From a bacterium (GTDB taxonomy: Bacteria > Patescibacteriota > JABMPQ01 > JBDRIV01), in NCBI GenBank assembly GCA_043815505.1, contig JBDRIV010000004.1, forward strand, positions 186,051 to 250,050: DNA of 64,000 nucleotides, in the 5' to 3' direction. The position numbers and the translations under genes are program-made. This document shows, piece by piece, positions 40,401-48,491 of this stretch; position 1 is the first letter of the stretch, and each line of letters starts with the position of its first letter. The notes beneath the pieces were generated by a model that saw only the letters and a list, made by a program, of their open reading frames with translations, was not told the DNA's origin and did not search any database.

Positions 40401-43400
40401 AACTCCAGAATCAGTAACTTGCTGCTGCATATTCTCGTACTGTCCTGATCCAGTACCACCTTTTTTCCAATCTTCATCAGGAGTAACTAAACCAGTTGCA
40501 CTATCAGCAGTAGTAATAAAAGCAACTGGTACATCTTGGTTACCCATAATATGAGTTGCTAGTAATGGCCAAACGGAACCTTTTTCAGCTGGGTCAGGAT
40601 CGGTAGGGTCATTACCTTCTAACCAATTATCATCCTCGTCAAAAACAGCTGCTTTAAGTGAGGCATGGGAATAGCTTTTTTGGTTGGTTAATCGACCTTC
40701 AGCATTTGACTGGCCTGCTACAACATAAACATCACCGATGCCAACATCAGCGACTGTGTCTTGAGTATCAGTATCTGATTCACATCTTACTATCAAACTA
40801 CCTTGACCAGCTGATTGACTAGATAACGTTCCACTAAAAGTACCGCCTGCTAAACTACTGTCAATAGTAGCGTAGGCACCACCATTAAAAGAAGCTTCAG
40901 CATTATCACTATCACAGCCAACATAAGTACCAGTGATAGAAATATCAGCCTCATCACCACCATCGCGTTGATAAGTTTGATACTGAACTGGACTGGTAAT
41001 AATAAGAGAGGCTGAAGTTATAAAAGAAAAGTAATCACCATTATTAAAATCTATGGTTGCTTCTAAATTATCACCATTAACTGAAAGTGTGACTTCGCGG
41101 TCAGATGTGGCAAAGCTAGGATCAGTGTGTACTACCATTTTTTCCAAGTCCGCTACTGCAGCTGACGGAATAGATACGGTAATAGTCCCAACATCACCTG
41201 TCTCTTGAACTTTCCAAACACGAGCAACACGTTTGTTAGAAATCCCGTTATAACTTGCTGTAGCTGCTAGCGCGCCGCCATCATTACCCCAAATAAGTGC
41301 TTCTCCATCGTCTTGCCCAGTAGCACCAGATATGATAATTTTATCTTCACCATCACTATCATCAGCACTGGATTGAGTTTGGTCTAGAGCTGAAGTATCA
41401 TCTTGAGCAATTCCCGCCACATCATTATGATAAGTCTGATTAACAGAAGCATCCCAAGCTACGGTGTCGTCACTTAAGACATAATCTCCTTCGTGGATAC
41501 CATCGGCGTTGGGAGCTTCAAAGGTGGTAGAGTCACCGTTATTGTCATTGGAGAGAGATAAACCATATTTTAAAGCCAGATAAGATTCAACCTTTTGAAG
41601 ATTAGCTAGTGTTATGTCATCATCATAAATAATAGCTTCAGCAATCTTGCCATCGAGGAAGTTGGCGGAACGATAGGCGCCAAGCTGAATGGTGCCATTA
41701 CCATTGAAAGCGTGGGCACCAGTATTATCACTGACTTCCTCTTTACCATTAACATCAACAATAGCATCGGTAATGCCAGCGCCATATTTTGCCACGCCAA
41801 TATAGGGAGTAGCGATGCTTTGTGCTGTTGCGGATCCGATGTTTAGAGTAGTGATATGATATAAGCGCAACTGACTTATACCTGGTCCATACAAGAAAGC
41901 GTGAGTATCAGGTGTTGCCCCAGAGGAAATAAGGTTGTTGGCATAACCAGTGCTTTTAATTATATATACAGCTATTTTTGTATAAGCATTGTTACTACCA
42001 ATTATTCCCGTGGCGGCGGTTCCTAAATAATCGCTATTAGCGCCAGTAAATTCTATTACTGGATTAAAATTTATTAAATCAGTAGTTCCACTTTCATAAG
42101 TTGGTTCATTTCCCCCTGGCGCTGTGACATTATTGCCGTTACCTGATTGATCTGACCAGCTGGTTAGATTAGCTCCGTCGATGACGGTGGATGTCCCCAT
42201 ATCAGCTTTGAGCCAGAGTCCTAAATTTGTCATTACTCCTCCTGGTCCATCAGTTGGTGGTGTATCATTAGCAATCTGCCAAAAGCGATCTTCTTTTATT
42301 TTGATGGATTTTTCTTCTAGATTCATTGAAGGTGAAGAATTTTCATTTTTAAGTTCAAGAGGACCAATAGTATAGTATTCTGGAGAAATATCAGGAGCAT
42401 TAAAATCATAATTATACATTAAAGTATCACCTGCTACTGCCGAAACATTCCAAATAATTGTTTTACTATCTTTGGCTTCAGATATTCCTATAGCTCCTTC
42501 ATTAGAAAGATTAGATATCTCAAAACTATCTGGAACAACATCAACAATATTTCCCTGATAATCTTCGTTAAATTTAACCTCGAGAGTCATAGGAGTTGGT
42601 CCTAGAGGATAGTTCCTGGTAGCTGAAGTTCTTCTAACAACAAAATCAGGTTTATCAACTTCATCAAAAACATTGATTTTTGAACTAATAGTTTTTTCAC
42701 CGCTACCAATATCAGCTGTGAGTGTCATTAAGTATTCCCCTGCTTCGGTAAAAGTGTAATTGGCTTGGTAATCGGGAATAATGTGTCCTACTTCAAGAAC
42801 CTCACATTCTCCGGTATTTTGCACTTCTGGTTGATCAATAATTTGGTTAGGAGTGGTAATTTCTAGTCTTACTTCAGCATTACAAACTGGTACGCCAAAA
42901 TCATTAAGAACACCTATGTGAACATCCGCTTTTTCCCCAATCTGATAAGTATCTTTGTCAGTATTAACAGCCAAAACTCCCCAAACAAAGTCTTGAGTGA
43001 ATATTTTTGTATTTTTATTTTTTTGACTAGAAACAGTTGCTTCTAAAGTATAAAGTCCCGGAGTAAAAGATCGCAATGGTTTTACTATCATTACTACTGA
43101 TCCAGCTTGAAAACGAAGGTGGTCATTGGGAATGGTAAATTTATTTCCTTTAGTGTCAGTAACTGTGGCATCAACTTCCGCTTCGGTATCGTCAATAAGA
43201 ACAGTTAAAGCTTCCTCCTTAGTCAACTCATCTCCCGTCTTTTTGTCTGGAATACTATTTTCAGAAAGTTTAAATGCTGTTTCACCAGTAACTAAATTTG
43301 GAACATCAGCAATAACCTGGGAAGATGATATGTATTCCTTATCACTGACAAAATTATCGTTAAAAACGAAAAAATAAATGCTTCCCAAAATCAGCAGTAA

Positions 43401-43508
43401 TACACCAAAAATAATTGGTAAAATTGTATTTTTATTCTGGCCTATCTCCTCCTTACTAAAATAACCAAAAATGGTTTGAATTTTTCCTCCCACTTCAGTA
43501 TTTTTCAT
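34467..43508 (-). CDS. giant (3013 aa) surface adhesin-like multidomain protein (domains listed under evidence)
   Basis: N-terminal TM. Two LamG-like copies ('LWLKA..GTSTVIDGANLTSWSDQSG'). 'VVAGQSNAEGR' plus 'VLWHQGERD' SGNH/sialate-O-acetylesterase motifs. Calx-beta 'LADNTATAGTDY...LLEGNETI'. DUF11-like 'TVSITNNGPNEAEN' (x2). Seven or more FG-GAP-like 'FAYDSNYRFGVNVAAGDLNMDG' repeats at the C-terminus. Confidence 0.85.
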   Translation of the reverse strand: MKNTEVGGKIQTIFGYFSKEEIGQNKNTILPIIFGVLLLILGSIYFFVFNDNFVSDKEYISSSQVIADVPNLVTGETAFKLSENSIPDKKTGDELTKEEALTVLIDDTEAEVDATVTDTKGNKFTIPNDHLRFQAGSVVMIVKPLRSFTPGLYTLEATVSSQKNKNTKIFTQDFVWGVLAVNTDKDTYQIGEKADVHIGVLNDFGVPVCNAEVRLEITTPNQIIDQPEVQNTGECEVLEVGHIIPDYQANYTFTEAGEYLMTLTADIGSGEKTISSKINVFDEVDKPDFVVRRTSATRNYPLGPTPMTLEVKFNEDYQGNIVDVVPDSFEISNLSNEGAIGISEAKDSKTIIWNVSAVAGDTLMYNYDFNAPDISPEYYTIGPLELKNENSSPSMNLEEKSIKIKEDRFWQIANDTPPTDGPGGVMTNLGLWLKADMGTSTVIDGANLTSWSDQSGNGNNVTAPGGNEPTYESGTTDLINFNPVIEFTGANSDYLGTAATGIIGSNNAYTKIAVYIIKSTGYANNLISSGATPDTHAFLYGPGISQLRLYHITTLNIGSATAQSIATPYIGVAKYGAGITDAIVDVNGKEEVSDNTGAHAFNGNGTIQLGAYRSANFLDGKIAEAIIYDDDITLANLQKVESYLALKYGLSLSNDNNGDSTTFEAPNADGIHEGDYVLSDDTVAWDASVNQTYHNDVAGIAQDDTSALDQTQSSADDSDGEDKIIISGATGQDDGEALIWGNDGGALAATASYNGISNKRVARVWKVQETGDVGTITVSIPSAAVADLEKMVVHTDPSFATSDREVTLSVNGDNLEATIDFNNGDYFSFITSASLIITSPVQYQTYQRDGGDEADISITGTYVGCDSDNAEASFNGGAYATIDSSLAGGTFSGTLSSQSAGQGSLIVRCESDTDTQDTVADVGIGDVYVVAGQSNAEGRLTNQKSYSHASLKAAVFDEDDNWLEGNDPTDPDPAEKGSVWPLLATHIMGNQDVPVAFITTADSATGLVTPDEDWKKGGTGSGQYENMQQQVTDSGVNAVKAVLWHQGERDANNNVSQNDYNTAFDQVASDMAADLPGAPPMVAAVIGQVGTAPNYVSGIRAATIEAWDDNAGILYGPQIYDLGPLADGVHLTTDAEGQTAADRWWAALEEHFYGGSDGRGPILLNAFIDDTNTLVTMSFSDDNLPLLPTSGLGGFEVKNNGTPVAIDSIDRTATDEITITLSAAATGTVTVSLGDSNDAAGETVPTDSSTYNLPADPFIDEAMDPFIAYSGSFTESANNDGSVTGSVVATITDDTFVNGGSTLTEGVHFILTNKPAGLTAVMNVSGPGDTATLTFTGNATYHNNLDDVSDLTITWQDGAFTTTASAIDVGRYEKDDAVIDFISGTPGGVLTNIKWWLKANTGTSTVIDGANLTSWSDQSGYGNDVSAPGGNEPTYESGTTDLINFNPVIEFNGANSDYMETVTAGIIPNGNAYTKVVVFIRDNTSYSGNLISAGSTPANGNHSMNFGLGSARMNLRNGTSFDIETTNDQLDSTPYIGTGLHGNGLVDTIININGKEEANAGLDSGGFLGTTSNLQIGAYRSANFLDGKIAEAIVYDDAVSLADLQKIESYLALKYGLTLSNDNNGDSTTFEAPNADGIHEGDYVLSDDTVVWDASVNQTYHNDVAGVEEDTDSELNQVTSKSENADGIVSIGSATDQGSLESLIWGNDNGAATFSTTGAPTGREILDRVWKIQETGDVGTVTFTIDAEDADFDLPAAQTNYYLLVDADGDFSSGAIEYQLYDDASNGDAIAADNIYSKNTVAVTDGDYFSIVTEGGASIAWSGNFTEATANDGSVTGSRTATLTNDTYIAGIANGNPFTETTHYTVANVPTGLTAVLTKTSSTVATLTLTGNATNHLDANDVADLTVTFVDGVFTNNATASDVVGYTDNTGQIDFADQPSIAYTGAGFTEATANDGSVTGSIIATLTGDTYQDTDTDDILDETTELVLADVPTGLTAVITLSAGDTVATLTLTGNATNHLDADDVADITFAFQDGAFTNTTTAANVDNATGPASSSLGVDFADQPSIAYDVTTFTEDAANDGSIGNDPTTATLTGDTFVDPITLGVHVQVNNVPAGLSASVNRTGATTIEVSLTGNATSHTDADDISNLEIVWLDGAFTNTTSAANVTNYSKTDFVVDFTDHSYLLVEFNNIAYSEAEASGSISGNLSVRGGIIAASESVNVVLADNTATAGTDYVAGPISVTIPIGDYTTVQSVAFSITVTDDNLLEGNETINLSLNNFSAGAISGDADEDTTNRSTATATITEDDGLTVEFTKATNSKSETVTSPVFKLSVSGGDATGYSGTLTIKVAVTGGTATTGTDYTFSSPKTITIPNADYTTLTKVTIPLTIKNDTKVENNETIIFGLQNPSSYVVVGDASGDSTTNTNYTYTILDDDSLSADLSTSINASASSVEPGDSIIYTVSITNNGPNEAENLISTTTLPSGSTYVSASGTGWSCYESNLKVTCTRISLSASSSVDIWRQEKNINIFNKQSSSNDNISIKIKAPQTEGTITTQATISSNTTDDDITNNTTSKSVLVAYKNTDLKVEINTSADPTTNNITYGISISNNGPDEAENVVASIILPPNSTFISASGTGWSCEELNGEVTCETSIIDSGAEANEITIIVNANSLANDFIITVSVSSDGEDSNLANNTKSASVSMTNLKRSHNIVVGAGQGDGPQVSVFDNQDGDPLTTFFAYDSNYRFGVNVAAGDLNMDGKTEIVTGPGGGGGPQVRIFDQNGVLLSQFMAYSSNARFGIKVAVGDTNGNGQKEIITIPAKAAPAHVKIWDQTGKLLSSFFAYPDTGRAAGYITTGDTSNNGREEIIVGSGGGGYFPATVKIFNHQAELVSEWKAYDSTNYFTGVTVAAGDLTGDGTVEVVTGVSSGNGPNVKVFNPLNAKLLSSFFAYDSNYSCGVNVAVGDMNNDGNAEIVTAPDQGGGPHVKTFDAETNVLMSFFVYNKNLREGLNITTSEF

Positions 43509-43797
43509 TAAAAATGATTAATTATAAATTATGAAAGGATGCCCTTTCTTTATTGCAGTTTACATAAAAAATCTTTCCTAGTCAATCGTAAATATCCGCA
43601 ATTAAGGTATTTTTGATACTTATAACAATTTTCATCAGAATTGCAGTTTTTTTGTATATTAAAAGTTTGTCCGCCACCCGTCAACTGATGGGGGCAGAGG
43701 CAATTCTTTGTGTAATATTATGTGTCTTTTGCTAAAACTCGTATTGGGTGCATCTTAAGGGAGATGCTATTAGAAATAAAGTTATCTAACTATGTAA

Positions 43798-44353
43798 TTA
43801 TTTAAAATGTCTGGGGTATTTAAAATATGTTTGTACAATACCAAAAATTGAATCTCCGACCCATATTTCACCATTCTTTACCATCTCTAATGCTTTTTTG
43901 GAAGAAACTTTTAATACCTCAATCTCTTCTGTCATATCTAAATTCTGTTTGGAATTAAATTCCAGATCTTTGGCATAATAACAATGAGTTACTTGTTTAG
44001 TTTTTGTGGGATTACTTGATATTTTTCCTATAAATTCTAAATTGTCTTCTGTTGTTTTTAATACCCACCTCTTCTTCTAGTTCTACTAAGGCTGATTCTT
44101 TTAAAGTTCTATTCTTTTGTTGAAATCCTCCTGGCAATTCAATCATTGTTTCTCCTACTGCGTGCTTATACTATTTAACTAAAACAATCTCATTATTAGT
44201 TGTAATAGGCAACACCATTACAACATTACCTAGTGGGGAGAAAAAATAATCATCAATAATAGTTCCCTCTAGTAATTCAACCTCATGGCGAATAACAGGA
44301 AACCATTTACTTGGTGAAACGTCTTCTTCTTTTATTACTTTCCATTTTTTCAT
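43798..44353 (-). pseudogene. NUDIX hydrolase (ADP-ribose pyrophosphatase-like) disrupted by an in-frame TAG and a frameshift
   Basis: The N-terminus 'MKKWKVIKEEDV...VMVLPITTNNEIVLVK' stops at TAG. The frame then resumes 'YKHAVGETMIELPGGFQQKNRTLKESALVELEEEVG'. After a frameshift it continues 'LEFIGKISSNPTKTKQVTHCYYAKDLEF...EVLKVSSKKALEMVKNGEIW'. Confidence 0.6.
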
Positions 44354-44566
44354 ATATTTTGTTTAATCTTTCACTACACAAAACATTCTAAATGAAAGAC
44401 AATTTCATCTGCTTATTTGTTGAAATTTATTTCGTCATTCTGCCTCAAATTAGGATGCCATCAACAACACAAATTTTTTCCTACCGTACAGCAACTTGAA
44501 AACATCCTTAGACAAAAGATTAGTATTTCTTATAATTTCAGAACAAAAATTCTCACTTAGACAAAC

Positions 44567-46609
44567 CTACCTGTTATTTTCGTTCCCAATCTCTGCGTTC
44601 AAGTTTACATCATAGAAGTTTTTATATGAACCTCCGACTTGTTGTGTCCAAGTCCATTCCACTGGCCCACCATAATTCCACCACGTCTGATACCTCAATG
44701 GGTATTTACAACCACCTCTTTCCGCATCATAGTTGTCATCACTTGTTTGCCATGTTTCTCCCAAATCAGGTGACACCAGCATTTTAGGACGGCTTCTGTC
44801 ACCACAACTTCCCCCAGATATACCCGTGTCTTTACTGCTCCGAGATGCAACATATATTGTTTGACCGTCTGCTCCCAACCCAGGACTTGGATCACTATAA
44901 CCGCATGTCTCTTCAATTAATTGCCATTCAGTCCAAGTATCTCCTAAATTATCAGATTGTTTAAATACTAAGCCAGTATATGTCGCCGTACTTTGAGCAA
45001 ACACAAAGAGTTGATTAGCGCCTACTGTAAGAATTGCTGGATTGCTGGTGTTTTCATCTGACAAGGAAGTTCTTGTCCATGTTTCACCTTGATTGGATGA
45101 TTTGGCAAACCACAACTCTCTTTCTGGAGATGCCATTTCAGAATAAGTTGCCACCAACACATTTTCAGAAGTAACCTCAAAATGAGGGTAATAGAATATA
45201 CCACTGCCAGAACTTACGGTATATGGATCTGACCAGTTGTTTCCTCCATCTATTGACTTAAGTAAATATATTGGCTCATTAGATGAACCCCAATGAGTTG
45301 CAACATATAACGTTCCTGATTCATCTACGGTAGCATTCACGCTTCTATATACCCCAGTTGATGATTCTGACAAACTGGAATTCGTATATATTGTCTGTGG
45401 TGAAGGAGGTGTTTCATTATATCCAAATTTGACCATTTTCAAATTATCACCATCTCTATAAAAATGATAAACCATTTCATTGGGCCCAGAAATTAAACTG
45501 CTGGAGTAAATACCATCAGTATCTATGCGTGTCCAAGTTTCACCGTTATCAGTGGAACGATAAGTATGGTCATAACTACCAGCACTGGCCAAGGTAACTA
45601 TAGTATCATTAATTCTAACCATTCTACGCCCACCAGAGTTATAATGGCAGTTATTTGAACTTATAGTTGAATCAATAATGATTGGTTCGTGTTCATACCA
45701 ACCGCCTACTATCTCTTCACAATCCTCAGGACAAGTCTCGTGATTTTCCCCTTCCTCACAAACATCATTACCACATTCATTAGTAACTTCTTCACAATCA
45801 AAGTCCTCCTCGTCAACAAAGCTATCACAGTCATTATCTAAGTTATCTGTGCATTCAGTTTCTGTGGTGGTACATCTTTGCTCTAAGACTTGGTAGACTA
45901 CGTTACCCACTTTAGGGCGATAGTAAGAGCCTTTGTTGAGACGGAAGCCAAATTGGACATATTGCCAGTTGTAGGTAACGGTAGAAGGAACAGAAATAAC
46001 ATGAAAACCATTGGTAGAAATGGAAGTTGAATACCAAGGGACAATACTATCATCGGTAGTAGCATCAAACTGTTCGTCTGTTCCTCTAAGAAAGAATTCT
46101 AATTCATTGTTACTACCTAAGAAATTGCCAAATAAGGAAGAATTAAGAGGTGAAAGTAAGGCGGTGAAAGCTACCTTGGAGAGACCAGTAGCAGCACTAT
46201 TTTCATCACCGAAGGAAGCGGTGTCTATTACCTCTGAAGTTACCTTAACTATGCCATTATTATTTTCAATGGCGTTGTTGTAACGAGGTAGTTGTTCGTA
46301 ATCTCCTTCTATATTAAAAGTAGTCATATCATAAGGAGTGTTGTGTTTAATATATTTACCGGGGACATAGACGGTTGGTTCTCCTGATAGTTCGTCGGCT
46401 TGGAAGTCTGATTCTCTGATTTCTTCTTTGGGGATAACGGGGAGAACGGCTGCTCCAGCTACGGCTAGAGCAGAGATTATAAAGACACTCCAGACCATTA
46501 GCTTGAGGCGTTTTTTGGTTTTGGTTTGAGCAGTTGTTTGCTCTGTTTGGGTTTGTTTGACCATCATATTTTTGTTGTTATTTGTTTTATTTTGATTATT
46601 TTGAGACAT
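44567..46609 (-). CDS. secreted protein, paralog B of the 'MSQNNQNKTNNNK' leader family: shared N-terminal module + 'DNDCDSFVDEEDFDCEE' motif + C-terminal BNR/Asp-box beta-propeller
   Basis: Five Asp-box repeats: 'STDNGETW', 'SIDGGNNW', 'SSNQGETW', 'SDNLGDTW', 'SPDLGETW'. Confidence 0.7.
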   Translation of the reverse strand: MSQNNQNKTNNNKNMMVKQTQTEQTTAQTKTKKRLKLMVWSVFIISALAVAGAAVLPVIPKEEIRESDFQADELSGEPTVYVPGKYIKHNTPYDMTTFNIEGDYEQLPRYNNAIENNNGIVKVTSEVIDTASFGDENSAATGLSKVAFTALLSPLNSSLFGNFLGSNNELEFFLRGTDEQFDATTDDSIVPWYSTSISTNGFHVISVPSTVTYNWQYVQFGFRLNKGSYYRPKVGNVVYQVLEQRCTTTETECTDNLDNDCDSFVDEEDFDCEEVTNECGNDVCEEGENHETCPEDCEEIVGGWYEHEPIIIDSTISSNNCHYNSGGRRMVRINDTIVTLASAGSYDHTYRSTDNGETWTRIDTDGIYSSSLISGPNEMVYHFYRDGDNLKMVKFGYNETPPSPQTIYTNSSLSESSTGVYRSVNATVDESGTLYVATHWGSSNEPIYLLKSIDGGNNWSDPYTVSSGSGIFYYPHFEVTSENVLVATYSEMASPERELWFAKSSNQGETWTRTSLSDENTSNPAILTVGANQLFVFAQSTATYTGLVFKQSDNLGDTWTEWQLIEETCGYSDPSPGLGADGQTIYVASRSSKDTGISGGSCGDRSRPKMLVSPDLGETWQTSDDNYDAERGGCKYPLRYQTWWNYGGPVEWTWTQQVGGSYKNFYDVNLNAEIGNENNR

Positions 46610-46639
46610 ATGATTATGCTAAGGATTGATTTTATTATA

Positions 46640-46747
46640 ACAAAAAACCGCCCTTCTGTATATTGCTTGCTCTGCTTGTCCCGAATTATTTTGAGGGGAG
46701 CTTATCGAAGAAGTTTACTCTGAGTTTATCGAAGAGGCGATTCTTTG
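46640..46747. repeat. cassette-array repeat, copy R0 (terminator module with an internal direct repeat)
   Basis: 'caaaaaaccgccc...gagtttatcgaagaggcgattc' is shared with copies R2 and R4. Confidence 0.6.
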
Positions 46748-46765
46748 TTTATTATAGACGATTTG

Positions 46766-47074
46766 CTAGAGATTTAATTCTTTTTCAGTAACAATACCCT
46801 TTGCAATTAAAACTTGCTTGATCTTTTCAACACGAGCTGCAATGATTTTAGAATCTTCATACCACCTTTCGACAGTTTTAATTAGATTGTCTATTGAGTT
46901 AGTAAGATTATCTATCTTCTTGCTTAAAGGTTTAACCTCTGTTTCAAAGCGCCTATTTACCTCTTCTGTTAAACTGTCAATTTTATTATCAACGCTGTCA
47001 AACTCTTTTTTAAATATCCTTGCTAGTCCTTCAAGGCCTTTGTCCAGTTCTTTTTTAGTTAGTGGTTCTGCCAT
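46766..47074 (-). CDS. small coiled-coil protein (cassette gene, paralog 1)
   Basis: The N-terminus 'MAEPLTKKELDKGLE' and ~150 bp of upstream DNA are identical to those of 47884..48225. Confidence 0.6.
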   Translation of the reverse strand: MAEPLTKKELDKGLEGLARIFKKEFDSVDNKIDSLTEEVNRRFETEVKPLSKKIDNLTNSIDNLIKTVERWYEDSKIIAARVEKIKQVLIAKGIVTEKELNL

Positions 47075-47096
47075 TTTGATTGATTAAAGTAGTAAT

Positions 47097-47124
47097 AGTA
47101 TATCAAATCGGTTTTCAGTGTCAA
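47097..47124 (-). promoter_or_regulatory. sigma70-like promoter TTGACA-16-TATACT for 46766..47074
   Basis: Minus-strand 'TTGACActgaaaaccgatttgaTATACT', ~22 nt upstream of the ATG. Duplicated exactly at 48248..48275. Confidence 0.5.
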
Positions 47125-47140
47125 ACACTTTGGAAGTGAA

Positions 47141-47286
47141 TCACTTGGCAACTTTGCTTATTGGCTTAAGTGTCGCTTGCCCGCGGATGCGGGACGCAGC
47201 CAGTTTACTCGCCGATTGCAAAGCAATCAAGGGGTGAACGTTGCCTGCCCGCTCCAAAACTTTAGTGAAAAAGGGTTAGAACAAGG
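47141..47286. repeat. cassette-array repeat, copy R1 (B-core tail + diverged C module)
   Basis: 'tcacttggcaactttgcttattggc' ... 'gggttagaacaagg'. Confidence 0.6.
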
Positions 47287-47421
47287 TTAATAGATATACC
47301 AAGCTCTAGTCTTTGACAATTCTCACACTATATACTACATTATATAGTCAATGAGTGACAAAACCTGTTTTTTAATTATATCACTTAGGACAAAATGTTC
47401 TCTTTATTGGAGGAAAAGACT

Positions 47422-47691
47422 ATGAACGCATTAATTCCTGGCTTCTTTGTTATTGTTGCTTTTATTGTAGCTGCTTACATTCATAAGAATAGTGAATGGC
47501 TCATCATTTCCTATTTCGTTACAGGAGCTGTTGGCTATGTTTTGGACTACCTACTACAATCTTTTCTCGAAAATCAACTCAGTAACTATACACTTTTCAG
47601 TCCGAATAGTGTGGATTTTACCGTTATGTATGCTGTATTGTTCGTTATTCCACTCGTTGTTATTTTCAGAAACAAATTGATGCGCTCCTGA
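47422..47691 (+). CDS. small 3-TM membrane protein (start revised to the Met preceded by GGAGG)
   Basis: 'ttggaggaaaagactATGAACGCA'. Putative -35 TTGACA at 47313-47318 with TACATT 16 nt downstream. Confidence 0.55.
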   Translation: MNALIPGFFVIVAFIVAAYIHKNSEWLIISYFVTGAVGYVLDYLLQSFLENQLSNYTLFSPNSVDFTVMYAVLFVIPLVVIFRNKLMRS

Positions 47692-47883
47692 ACTATCTCA
47701 AATACTGCTAGTGGTTCTTCTAAATGAGACCCTTGTATTTATTTCAACTTCAATTGTGAAGATGGAATGATGCATGGGTTTTTTTGTCAAAAAACCGCCC
47801 TTCTGGCTATCAAGCTTGCTCTGAGCTTGCCGAAGAGGCGATCTTCTTTCAGGTGAACAGTTTTTTGTTTATTAACTCTTTTA

Positions 47884-48225
47884 TTATGTGAGGTTTAATT
47901 CTTTTTCCGTGGCAATTCCTTTTTTTATTAGAACCTTCTTCATCCTTTCAATTCTTGCGGCAAGAATTTTAGACTCTTCTTGCCACTCTTCAACTTTCTT
48001 AACGTATTTATCTAGCATATTTATAAATCTGTCAAATTTATCATCAATTGCTTTAAACTTTTTGTTCATTTCTAATTTTAGAGAATCTATTTGCATATCT
48101 ACACCATCAAGTCGCTTATCAATACCGTCAAAACGCTTATCAATTCTATTAAATTCTCCTTTAAAAGTTTGTGCTAACTTTTCAAGGCCTTTGTCCAGTT
48201 CTTTTTTAGTTAGTGGTTCTGCCAT
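47884..48225 (-). CDS. small coiled-coil protein (cassette gene, paralog 2)
   Basis: Same N-terminus and promoter (48248..48275) as 46766..47074. Confidence 0.6.
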   Translation of the reverse strand: MAEPLTKKELDKGLEKLAQTFKGEFNRIDKRFDGIDKRLDGVDMQIDSLKLEMNKKFKAIDDKFDRFINMLDKYVKKVEEWQEESKILAARIERMKKVLIKKGIATEKELNLT

Positions 48226-48291
48226 TTTGATTGATTAAAGTAGTAATAGTATATCAAATCGGTTTTCAGTGTCAAACACTTTGGAAGTGAA

Positions 48292-48373
48292 TCACTTGGC
48301 AACTTTGCTTATTGGCTCAGTGTCGCGTGTCCAGCTGAACTGTGTGCAGCTGGGTGGACGTTGTTAGAACCAA
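48292..48373. repeat. cassette-array repeat, copy R3 (B-core tail + long C module with a palindromic insert)
   Basis: 'tcacttggcaactttgcttattggctcagtgtcgcgtgtccagctgaactgtgtgcagctgggtggacgttgttagaacc'. Confidence 0.7.
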
Positions 48374-48491
48374 GTTAGTCTCAAATGCTTGACATTTTCG
48401 TTATTATGTGTTAACATGTAATGTTCCTATTCTAGGGACAAAAGTGCCTATCCTTTGATGGGCTAGCCATTTCACCGAGGAGGATGAGAAA

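Noticed and set aside
35019-43377. Numerous 60-100-aa ORFs on the plus strand inside 34467..43508
   Set aside because: All are embedded antisense within the continuous 9-kb giant ORF.
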